Shown here: positions 20,701 to 29,136 of the stretch, piece by piece
Position numbering within the stretch: the stretch's first letter is position 1
Layout: every line of letters starts with the position of its first letter
Virus record (IMG/VR): IMGVR_UViG_3300042691_010759
Reading direction: 5' to 3' (one strand)
DNA: 58,099 nt
Origin: an uncultured virus (IMG/VR IMGVR_UViG_3300042691_010759)
Lineage: Duplodnaviria > Heunggongvirae > Uroviricota > Caudoviricetes
Translations under genes and position numbers: made by a program
The notes under the pieces: model-generated
Told to the model about the DNA's origin: nothing
The model's input: only the letters and a program-made list of their open reading frames with translations
Databases searched by the model: none

Positions 20701-20849
20701 AACATTGATTTCTTTGCTCCAATATATGTATCAGTATTTACATTTTGTGGAGCATTAGGTCCTTTAAAGTATTGTTTATTATGCTTTTCCTTGGCTTGTT
20801 TATTTATAGCCTTTTGCATATCACTAAACATATCTTGAAAATTATTCAT
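17727..20849 (-). CDS. Gly/Pro/Asn-rich, largely disordered putative cargo polyprotein (1040 aa)
   Basis: ORF track; no Cys seen; low-complexity (KG)n/(GA)n linker; several paired GG motifs; C-terminal ~50-aa repeat shared with the upstream gene. Confidence 0.55.
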   Translation of the reverse strand: MNNFQDMFSDMQKAINKQAKEKHNKQYFKGPNAPQNVNTDTYIGAKKSMFEDYLTDNVEDVNDQRALDILRNAYTESTGMPPRFNFGGNFYDNYDGFGTFGMNVTDPTIGSWADAYEQDRPGKKFMQGLMDFGTDFGKSLVAGKLQGPKTKVKQRQYYRSGEDDALNGKQFDPKAYGIFGKARAKDETGDYLYGAGDIFNKERLASRKLAKEFQRGAKQDVKADLSQARRDMGYSPWWNRSEANLEQRDLLREQKRDIKNDMIDWRNWEDVPNYGPLDQTANINTQTTNQNINTSDLGLGTGTSDLLTNPWTMKKDMYGRPVDANGNLLNPLRPYGQYGMEVQNQFGGMMDPRKWMYHMGGNLPSHNHSSSAKDMSDMVSPDGRRIRLQGFSSGNPNDPLNIDALAAGTNRSGMWQVDSGNGSYHAYNPGVDYKSSDFDHWQSFNPRWGGEEPLPGSEGDAIPKIPGVTGYWSIPPGTYGYPEGSFTYNPMGPAEGFEQYWSHRKPWAPSASRVVDEATDPNKGKGKGKGTTTGNGAGAGAGAGAGGNNADPMNDYNTWLAQQAERAGNTVAGGLGNVTDVVGGGAGFQFPGAGFPGYIEVAPGIRALSWGPNTNVETFSSDTKYGMIGGRPRRKNVYMTFGTALLGSPNSPDAVDNNTMPGTSQVAITPQDLKGFGNEPYSFMNNEFQGNPFGYRNTDLIVNDPNIGNTIYNDPVQGYLPRPTDLPTPTFNTAPSQAQRDFQTRQMLNQKIAEMNQPGVAPWAGEDEGMGRRRLFRGRRAEDMSQVPTRRGYIPTQRFGGMFNIGGEYGDPPVSPTVASTTNVVMPKIGPSSMGEVIAENQLYKQMSALENDPTAVVGFANPNPGLAQDSIFYYPGQRTGNFTPYQIGRDRNYNVLYGVSDAPPSLRQMVKQGNITTGEAGVGLPGNRYIDIAGPNSETRNLPMYEYSGRPGVLYRKDSKDNWLINLSGNPAGDFIPMKDPEGKRKKVLDAQARRTYQYEQYGGPIYANGGMYPMQEPIMLSEQEIADILAAGGAIKYI
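19209..19283 (-). repeat. Low-complexity coding repeat: (KG)4-TTTGN-(GA)5-GG linker
   Basis: Short tandem units (cacctgctccag and cctttacct-like) encoding KGKGKGKGTTTGNGAGAGAGAGAGG. Confidence 0.7.
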
Positions 20850-20887
20850 ATCATTCCTATATAATAAATATACTAAATTTTTTTGAC

Positions 20888-23800
20888 TTATCTAAACATT
20901 CTAAGATTAGTCCTACCACCAAAACGTTTTTCAAAGTCCCAAGGAAGAGCTTCTAAAGCAATGTTTGGTCTATCACCTGCCTCACCAAACATTCTATAAT
21001 ATTCTGCAAAAGGTATAGATCCGTAGTCATTACGGTATACATCTTCAAAAGGTTTAGTAACTCTAAATCTTTGTCCTCTTGGTAACGCTAGCTCACGCTC
21101 ACTTACATATGTAGCTCTACCTTGACCATAAGGAAAAAACATTTTAGTATTTGCCGGTGCTGTTATCTGAATTCGATGTCCTCCAAAATTGCCTAGTGGT
21201 GAAGCACCCCATCCGGGATCAGACTCGGGTATTCTAGGATCCATTAAATCTTCTGCATTAAATGGTCCTGCTGTACTCCATACTCTATCCATCGCAAACT
21301 CATCCCCTTCTAAAAGATCTTGCCAAGTTAAACCTTCAAGTTCTTGATCACCTCTTCTTATTTTTCCTAATTTATAATCCAAATTATCAAGTCTATGCAA
21401 TACAGTAGGTTCATCAAAGTGTGATGTAAAAGCATTCTGCATAGCACTATTTAAAAATTCACTATGTGCCGTCTGGTCAGCCATTGGCATATTCATCCAG
21501 TTTGAACCTGATTCATATATAGTACCAGCAGCTCTAGAAACAGGATCCATTTCTCCCATTTGAATCTTATCCATAAAGCCATAGTCAACAGCTTTTTTAG
21601 GAACGCCTGGTCTATTAACTACCCAAGGCGCATTTTGTGGTAGTTTTTCAGCTTCTTTAATAAGACCATATTGATATAATTGTCTTGGTAAACCCTCAAC
21701 ATTTTGAGGTTCAAAACCAAATTCTTTCTGAAATTTATTTCTATAGTATTTACTATTTGCTAATCTATTAGCAGCTCTTGATAATTCTTTACGTTGTGCT
21801 GTAGTTTTACCTGCAAATGCTGGTATATTTTCAAAGCTTTCAACATTCCAACCACTAGAACCATTAGGATCATAGTATCTAGGATCTAACTTATAAGGTT
21901 CCCAAGGCGCTGCTTGATATAAATCATCAAGTGTATATGCTGTATTTCTTAATGGATTTTTACGATTACGTAAAGCTGCTCTACCTAATGGCATGCCTGC
22001 CATAAATCCTGTATAACCTAGTAAACCTGCATTAACTAAATTAGGATCTTCCCAAGTTTGAGAAGCAACATACGGAAGTAGTCCTGCTTTTGAAACAGCG
22101 GTTATGTTATCTAAATTAAAAGCATCATATGCTCTACCTGGCAATTGATTAAATAAATCCGCAGCAGAATCAAGTTTTGCAGTTACATCTTGTGCGGCAT
22201 ACTTTGGAAGATAATTTCCAGCTTTAGACTTAGCATACAACCAATTAGTAAATCCTTCATTATTCTTAAAGAAATTAAAAGCATCTTTTTCAAACTTTCC
22301 TGTATTAGGTTGCCAATTAAAATTGCCAGGTCTTTTTACACCAAGTCCTTTTAGAAGTGGATATTCGGCAGCTTTAGTATAAGCTTGAAAAGCGGGCTTA
22401 AAATATTTTGGTATAGTACCCGTAGCTCCTGGTATAGTTAAATTAAGTGCTGTATTAAGTAGAGCTTCGTTCCTAGCATCAGTATCCCCTCTTCTCTGCG
22501 CAGCAATAGCATCAACTCCTGATCCAATACCTTCATATAAACCGTATGCGTCAGCAGCTGTACCAAGAGTTAAACCCTCTAAACCTGTACCAGCAAGAAA
22601 TGGTATTTCTTTTGCAGCAATTGTTCCTAAACCTTCAAGTGCGCTAGGTAATGCCCTTAATCCTAAAGGCAGTGTCCAAAACCAATCTGCGGACTGAATA
22701 GCATCATTACGCTCATGAGGTTTTAGATTAGCTTGACGCAATTGTTGCTGCCTTCCATAATCTTGTTCTAATTCTTTATTAATTTGTCGAGATAATCCAG
22801 CTTGATTTTGAATATCAACAGCTGTCTGTAAATCCGGAGCTCCTACATAATCCCCTGCAACTTGCCGTAAAGTTTCTCCCCTATCAGGTATTAAATATCT
22901 ACTCTGAATACCAGCAGAAGGATTATATCTAGAAGATGGGCTAATAGGTTGTCTTTGTTGTTGTGCCTGTGGAGATTTAAGAGCAAAAGACTGATCAAAC
23001 ACTTGCTGGCTTCTATAATCGTCAATACCCTGATTGAAATCTTGTACAGATTGAAGTTGTTCTAGTGTTTGACTTCTAGGTGTAATAGGTTGATAAGAAG
23101 TTCCATAAGAATTTATTCTAGGCAAGTTTCCAGGTGTAGCAGCTTCTCTCTCTTTTTGAATAGCATATAATGAGTTAGGATCTTTATTTGCTTGGTTCAT
23201 CCAACCCTTATTTCCAGCAGGAGTATTAGGAACAAATGTCTGAGGTTTTTTTGGGAAGCCCGCCGCAGGTTTTTCTTGAAAACCTACTTCATTTTTCCAA
23301 CGCATTTGGTCATAGTAGTCTTGATCAAAAAGTTGTTTGGCTCCTTTGTTTAATTGAGCACTCCTTTTTGCTACATCGCCTTTTGCTAGCGGTTGAAAAT
23401 TACCAGATCTATTCCAGTCAACTTCCCATTTGTTTCCTACTTTTCTATAAACACCTTTACTTCCCGGATAGGTATAATAAGATCCGGTATAAGGTCCGCC
23501 ATTATTAAATCTTGTTAAGCCTCCATATTGTTTTAAATACGCGTTGGCTCCATTTGGTAAAACTAAACCGTCTGGTAAAAGATTATTATCAGATAAAGTT
23601 CTAACAATATTAAAAGCTTGTCTTTCCGGAAGAGGTGATAATAATGTACCAACAAAATTATTGAACATGTCCTCACCAGCTTCAGGTAGTTTATATTTCC
23701 ATTCTCTAGGATCTGTAAATAATGTACCCATCTCATGAGCAACACCCATTGCATTGGCTATTGGAATACCAGGAACAGTACCTAAAGAACGCGCAGTATA

Positions 23801-24196
23801 ATAACCTGCCATAGGATGTCTAATATTATCTGCAGGATCTTCTCCTTGAGGAACATCATTATTTGAAATAGCCCAAGCTTTTTGCATCGGAGATCCCAAT
23901 AGCTTATCTATTTTATCTTCAAAACCAGATGCTTTAAGAGTTCCATATTGTTGACCAGGATTAGCAAAATTAAAACCCATGTTTCTATTTGCTACAACAG
24001 GTTTTGCATACTGATTTAATACGTTATATCGCTGTTGTATATTTCCTTTAGTAAGAGGTACGTAATTACCGTTAACGGATTTATACCACGTATCTCCCTC
24101 TTTCATGTATCCCGTATTATTATAATTGTAATACTTCTTTGGAGGAGTATTAGCAAAGCGGGTACTGCTTGTAAGTTCTTTTTTATTCAAACTCAT
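20888..24196 (-). CDS. Multidomain cargo/effector protein (1102 aa) with C-terminal ADP-ribosyltransferase (VIP2/Alt-like, R-S-E type)
   Basis: C-terminal TVLHR (R at 21392-21394), VWSTA (21280-21269) and SERELALPRGQRFRV (ExE at 21100-21092). N-terminal DNIRH...AHE...EDMFNNFVG domain. Two ~50-aa repeats. Confidence 0.7.
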   Translation of the reverse strand: MSLNKKELTSSTRFANTPPKKYYNYNNTGYMKEGDTWYKSVNGNYVPLTKGNIQQRYNVLNQYAKPVVANRNMGFNFANPGQQYGTLKASGFEDKIDKLLGSPMQKAWAISNNDVPQGEDPADNIRHPMAGYYTARSLGTVPGIPIANAMGVAHEMGTLFTDPREWKYKLPEAGEDMFNNFVGTLLSPLPERQAFNIVRTLSDNNLLPDGLVLPNGANAYLKQYGGLTRFNNGGPYTGSYYTYPGSKGVYRKVGNKWEVDWNRSGNFQPLAKGDVAKRSAQLNKGAKQLFDQDYYDQMRWKNEVGFQEKPAAGFPKKPQTFVPNTPAGNKGWMNQANKDPNSLYAIQKEREAATPGNLPRINSYGTSYQPITPRSQTLEQLQSVQDFNQGIDDYRSQQVFDQSFALKSPQAQQQRQPISPSSRYNPSAGIQSRYLIPDRGETLRQVAGDYVGAPDLQTAVDIQNQAGLSRQINKELEQDYGRQQQLRQANLKPHERNDAIQSADWFWTLPLGLRALPSALEGLGTIAAKEIPFLAGTGLEGLTLGTAADAYGLYEGIGSGVDAIAAQRRGDTDARNEALLNTALNLTIPGATGTIPKYFKPAFQAYTKAAEYPLLKGLGVKRPGNFNWQPNTGKFEKDAFNFFKNNEGFTNWLYAKSKAGNYLPKYAAQDVTAKLDSAADLFNQLPGRAYDAFNLDNITAVSKAGLLPYVASQTWEDPNLVNAGLLGYTGFMAGMPLGRAALRNRKNPLRNTAYTLDDLYQAAPWEPYKLDPRYYDPNGSSGWNVESFENIPAFAGKTTAQRKELSRAANRLANSKYYRNKFQKEFGFEPQNVEGLPRQLYQYGLIKEAEKLPQNAPWVVNRPGVPKKAVDYGFMDKIQMGEMDPVSRAAGTIYESGSNWMNMPMADQTAHSEFLNSAMQNAFTSHFDEPTVLHRLDNLDYKLGKIRRGDQELEGLTWQDLLEGDEFAMDRVWSTAGPFNAEDLMDPRIPESDPGWGASPLGNFGGHRIQITAPANTKMFFPYGQGRATYVSERELALPRGQRFRVTKPFEDVYRNDYGSIPFAEYYRMFGEAGDRPNIALEALPWDFEKRFGGRTNLRMFR

Positions 24197-27100
24197 TACC
24201 TAGAACTTAATAGATTATTATTAACAACAACTATAACTACCATATTTCTATTCCCAGAAACTCTACGTCTCAACAGAACATTTGTAATGTAGTGACGAAA
24301 CTTCTTTCTTTCTAGCTCAAATTTATCATAATTTAAGTTAGTAGGATTCAAAGTCTTAACATATCCATTTGGAGATGTGTTAAAGATAACTCTTTCAGCT
24401 ACACTAAACTCACCTCTGTCATCTGTAATATCCCAAAACTGATTGAAGCGATACTTCTGTTCTTCTTTGGAATATAAGATGTCAATGTTATTAAAGTTTA
24501 TAATAGGATACGCAATAATCCCTGGTGCATTATTCTTTGGCTTTAAATTCAATCGTAACAACCCAGAACACTGCTCTGTATTGTAAACAATAGCTTCATC
24601 AAAGTTAAAGTCTAAGTCATGGAATCTGTCATAGCAATTTTGGTCATACTTATAAACTTCCATGTAATACTCAATGTTTCTTAGAGTATTAACTGTTGTT
24701 TTACTTGTAGCCGCAATTTCAATTTCAAATGGATAGTCTGTCCCGTAGAAATTACAGAAACTATCACATCTATCATTGTGTACCCAAATACCATTATCAT
24801 TAGTAGTCATAAAAGTATTCTTACTAGCTAGGGTTAAATCCGGATGCCAGTCATGGTAAGAAACCCATATCTTATTTTTTGGATCATAGCTAAATGTCCA
24901 AGAAGCATCTTCAAAATATCTAGGATCTCCTAGCTCAACACGTAATACTTTATTAACTAAGAACACACGGCCGTCAACATAATCTACTTGATCAGCAATA
25001 TCTTTTCTAAGAGCGTAATCTTTTTTACAAAAGAATACTATCTGATCTGTATTATCAAATACAGATTGACAACCAATACCTACTACAGGATTATCTACAA
25101 GTTCAAATTCAGGAAAATCTTTTAACAACTGATATGGTAGGTAGGTAGCAAACCACCACTTCATATTTAAGTTTGATATTTCAGAAAGAGCACTTGTGAC
25201 TTGGAAAATCTTACCTTGGTTCTGACTCATGTAAAACATTCCAAGCGGAGTATTAACTATTGATAGTCTATTTTGACAAGAACCATATTCATTTGGTTCA
25301 TCAACATTTACTAAATTTTGAAGAGGCTGTGAAAATAAACCTCCATCTCCAATTGTAAGTTTTAGATTACTATCTGTTTCTAACTGATCAACACCGGCAA
25401 AGAATATCGGACTTTCTGTTTCAAATAATAAGATTGCTCCACTCTTAGATATAGGATGTATTCCCGTTACCTTACTTGAGAAGTCTTTATAGTTAGCTGC
25501 TAAATAAACTCTCCAGTAATCTTTCTTGTTTTCCTGGTCTTGAGGTAAAGAATAGATTACCCGTTTTGGTCTGTATATATAACACTTCTCTGCAACTTTA
25601 GGATCATACGTTGGTTCCTGTAAAAATCCCCAAGGTTGATAGTTATTGAACAGCTTACTTACACTTAGAGAATAATCATACTTGTAGTAGTTACCAAACT
25701 TTACGTATGGTGGTTTAAACATCTCTCTAAGATCTGTATACTGTTCTCTATCGTAATGTCTTTGATAAGGTAAAGCATCCCAATCACGGTAGTCAAGATT
25801 AATCTCACTCTCTACAAAGAAGTCTTTAACTCCAGAATTGAATAGATAAAAGAACGCATCTGTGATACCAAATCGCCAAGGCACTCCACCATTGCGGCGG
25901 TCAAATGCAAATTTACGGGACGGTATACTAATTTGTGTAAAATCAAATCCAGATGTAATAACGTTTCCTATAGAATTAATGAACTCATTAAAATCAAAAG
26001 CTTCGGTATCCATCCAAAACTTTGGATGGGGAAGCATCTTATAAAAACGGTAATCAAACTCAGTACCATTTGGTAAGTCATACAACCACTCATAGAAGAA
26101 GAACATGGTATTCTTTTCTGTGTATCTTCCTACATACGTATCACCATTAAATAAGACCTCTGTTTTAGTCTGGGATATATCTGTTGGACATGTGGAAACA
26201 GGAACCTGAATAATTCCTCTGAGCTGTCCATATTGATTTCCTAGACGTTGTTTTAATGCAACATAGTGACCACTAGCCGTGGTTTGGAAATTCTTTGAGA
26301 CATTAGCATCAGTTTCATTGTCCCATTCAATACCATTCGTTCCTGCAACATCGCTAAATGTTTTTTGTGTTGTATCTGTAACTGTAGGATCTGAAAAAGT
26401 ATCTTCAGTTTCAACTACAACTGTTCTGCTTCTAAAAATGTTATTAATTCTATAATTACTAAAATCCTGTAATATAGGATCTAGATAAACTTCTTCTTTA
26501 ATACCTCTTCGTATATTTCCAATAGAAGGTCTTTTATATTGATTATAAAAACCATGTGATACATACTGAAGAGCATATTGTCTCCAAGGTAGCCAAGCTT
26601 GAATAAGTTTGATAAAATCATTAATACCAGTACTCCAATCACTTACAAATAATGGTGCATTATTTAAAAAACGTAATGGACCAGGTAAGGCTGTCCAATC
26701 TGGTTCTATCCAATCAATTTCATAATAACCAGACTGAGATCCAGGAGATAGTACAGAAGCACTACTTGTTCCCCAAACCTGATTTAAAAAACCTTCCCAA
26801 GGATTAAAACTTCCTAATGCACCGCCTAATGCTGTAAAATCTCCTGTTAAATAATTTGTTATCCATAATGCTTCTGCTCCTTGAGCGGATCCAAATTCTG
26901 CAATCGTAGCAGCTGAAGAACCTGTACCTAAACCAATAGGTTGATTACCTGCTCCTGCAGGACCTAAAAATACTCCACCTAAGTTAAGTCCTCTACCCGG
27001 AATCCATTTAATTCTTTTATTGCCATCTTTAGTATGGCTTTTACGCATACCATATGACAATCCCGCAAGAGCTGCGAGTATAAAAGCCGTATTAGATATG

Positions 27101-29130
27101 AGCTTGAATTTAGGATGCTTATCTGGGAATTGGAAGTTACCTTCAACATTACCCCAAAATTCACCATAAATCTTTACTTCCTTATTAGAAAGGAACGGAT
27201 TTCTAAAGTTTGTTTCTGGTGAATGAAATGTAAAGACATCCTGCCGGTATCCTGTATAAGGTTCATGCTCTTGAATATAATAATTAAATGGACAAAGACT
27301 ACAGTTAACTGTCGCAGACTCATTTAAGAACTTATCACTACCAAGATAGTTATATGGGTAGTTAGGATATAATCCCTGGCGTGTTGAAAAGTTATCAGGG
27401 ATCTTATATTCACGCATATTATTAATCATTCCTTTTGCAAAGACTGATTTATTACCTTCTCTAGATCCGCGTAAAATTTCATATCCAACTACTCCTGGAA
27501 TTGGAACACCGTTATTATCAACCGGCGGAAGAATATTATTAAACTGAACACTCATGATTCTAATTCTAGAACCATTATTAGTAAAGTGATTTGTAGTATC
27601 TCCTACGGTATCTGTAGCATTCTCTGGAAACTTATGATGACGTATTGGCTTACCACATAAATCAAAATCAGTGTTTGTAGTATTTCCTATGTTAACGCCG
27701 TTCTCATCAACATAAGTAGCATTCCATATTTCAGGTTGATTATCATCATAGAACTCTGTAGATTCCCAATAAGCCATTTCACCACCAGCAATGATCTGAC
27801 CGCCGTCTGGTAAAGTACTTGTAGGATATGCAAAATCTCTTGACGCAGTATTATAAACACGCCATCTAAAAGGAGTTAATCCATCATTGATATCTACTTG
27901 TGAGTCCTGATTAAAAACTAAAGCCGTATCAAAAGGTGTAGCTACTCTACCGGGAATATGATATGACGCACTCCTATCTCCTGTATTATACACCCAACGT
28001 ATAAAGAAAGCATATACCTCGTCACGTAAATATCCTGTGTTAGTTCCGCCTTTTCTGTAATAATCAGCAGGATATTCAACTGCCACCCAATTAGATTCAA
28101 TCTGATTAGCTAAAGGCTGATAGTTAAAATCAAATCTTTCTCTAGGACCTGTTCTGATTAAGTAAGATCCATTCTTAAATATACCATCTGATTTTTCTAC
28201 AACCGGTGTACGTAAAAGAATATCCTGAATACTAATATCAGCCCATGTAGTAATAAAAGAATCAATAGCAATTCTCTTTTGACGCGTGCTATAAAAACCA
28301 ACTCTTCTAGCCTGGGTAGCTTCAGCTACACGTTGAACTAAGACAAGTTCAAATTCTTCAAAGATAGAGTCATCTGCATCAACAACAATTTCTAAAGAAG
28401 AAGACCGGTTCTCATGTGTAAATAATCCTTGTATATTAGACGGCATAGAATATTCTGTTACACGCTGTCCATTAAGAACGTATGCACCTACTACATAGTA
28501 AGAACCATTAAGTAACTCACCACTAGTAGGACCTACCTCTATCTGAAAACAAAGACTATCAATAAGAGGAGCAATACGTAACTTTTCACAATTTAATTGA
28601 TCTGTATCTACACACTCAATACATCCGCCAGGATCTGCACCATTATCATCCGTACAATTTTGTATCCACGGCGGATTATCTAAATTCATTGTCCTATCAG
28701 GATTAAGAGCATCCGCCCAATAAACTTGCTTAGTACAATCAAAGTTAGTTCTAGACTGACCTATAATAAGATAATCCTTATTAAAGCTTAGACATGGATC
28801 ATTAACAACTGTTCTATAAGTACAACCATCCTCATCAAACACACCAATCTCAGAGTTACTATCATCAGTACTATATATAGCCCACTCTGCTTTATCTAAA
28901 TGTATTGCACCAATAATAGTATAAGGGACTAATTGGCATAATCTATTAGACGCTTCATTACTTAGCTCAGCAAGATCTCCTACTACACTATTGTTAACAG
29001 CATTCCTAGCACCTATCCAAGATGCTTCTGCTGTATACATTCCTTTTGCGTCTTTTCCTATTCCTTTAAGGAAAGTACTTATCTCTCCGGAAGATGTATT
29101 AGTTAGCTTGCTTGATGATTTCTTAGCCAT
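24196..29130 (-). CDS. Muzzle / tail stabilization protein (crAss Tstab-like, 1644 aa)
   Basis: Size, position after the ring proteins, and motifs such as ARNAVN, VYWAD..NPDR, GYLRDEVYAFFI.W and SWTFSYDP...WVSYHDW.P typical of crAss muzzle proteins. Confidence 0.8.
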   Translation of the reverse strand: MAKKSSSKLTNTSSGEISTFLKGIGKDAKGMYTAEASWIGARNAVNNSVVGDLAELSNEASNRLCQLVPYTIIGAIHLDKAEWAIYSTDDSNSEIGVFDEDGCTYRTVVNDPCLSFNKDYLIIGQSRTNFDCTKQVYWADALNPDRTMNLDNPPWIQNCTDDNGADPGGCIECVDTDQLNCEKLRIAPLIDSLCFQIEVGPTSGELLNGSYYVVGAYVLNGQRVTEYSMPSNIQGLFTHENRSSSLEIVVDADDSIFEEFELVLVQRVAEATQARRVGFYSTRQKRIAIDSFITTWADISIQDILLRTPVVEKSDGIFKNGSYLIRTGPRERFDFNYQPLANQIESNWVAVEYPADYYRKGGTNTGYLRDEVYAFFIRWVYNTGDRSASYHIPGRVATPFDTALVFNQDSQVDINDGLTPFRWRVYNTASRDFAYPTSTLPDGGQIIAGGEMAYWESTEFYDDNQPEIWNATYVDENGVNIGNTTNTDFDLCGKPIRHHKFPENATDTVGDTTNHFTNNGSRIRIMSVQFNNILPPVDNNGVPIPGVVGYEILRGSREGNKSVFAKGMINNMREYKIPDNFSTRQGLYPNYPYNYLGSDKFLNESATVNCSLCPFNYYIQEHEPYTGYRQDVFTFHSPETNFRNPFLSNKEVKIYGEFWGNVEGNFQFPDKHPKFKLISNTAFILAALAGLSYGMRKSHTKDGNKRIKWIPGRGLNLGGVFLGPAGAGNQPIGLGTGSSAATIAEFGSAQGAEALWITNYLTGDFTALGGALGSFNPWEGFLNQVWGTSSASVLSPGSQSGYYEIDWIEPDWTALPGPLRFLNNAPLFVSDWSTGINDFIKLIQAWLPWRQYALQYVSHGFYNQYKRPSIGNIRRGIKEEVYLDPILQDFSNYRINNIFRSRTVVVETEDTFSDPTVTDTTQKTFSDVAGTNGIEWDNETDANVSKNFQTTASGHYVALKQRLGNQYGQLRGIIQVPVSTCPTDISQTKTEVLFNGDTYVGRYTEKNTMFFFYEWLYDLPNGTEFDYRFYKMLPHPKFWMDTEAFDFNEFINSIGNVITSGFDFTQISIPSRKFAFDRRNGGVPWRFGITDAFFYLFNSGVKDFFVESEINLDYRDWDALPYQRHYDREQYTDLREMFKPPYVKFGNYYKYDYSLSVSKLFNNYQPWGFLQEPTYDPKVAEKCYIYRPKRVIYSLPQDQENKKDYWRVYLAANYKDFSSKVTGIHPISKSGAILLFETESPIFFAGVDQLETDSNLKLTIGDGGLFSQPLQNLVNVDEPNEYGSCQNRLSIVNTPLGMFYMSQNQGKIFQVTSALSEISNLNMKWWFATYLPYQLLKDFPEFELVDNPVVGIGCQSVFDNTDQIVFFCKKDYALRKDIADQVDYVDGRVFLVNKVLRVELGDPRYFEDASWTFSYDPKNKIWVSYHDWHPDLTLASKNTFMTTNDNGIWVHNDRCDSFCNFYGTDYPFEIEIAATSKTTVNTLRNIEYYMEVYKYDQNCYDRFHDLDFNFDEAIVYNTEQCSGLLRLNLKPKNNAPGIIAYPIINFNNIDILYSKEEQKYRFNQFWDITDDRGEFSVAERVIFNTSPNGYVKTLNPTNLNYDKFELERKKFRHYITNVLLRRRVSGNRNMVVIVVVNNNLLSSR

Positions 29131-29136
29131 TGCAAA

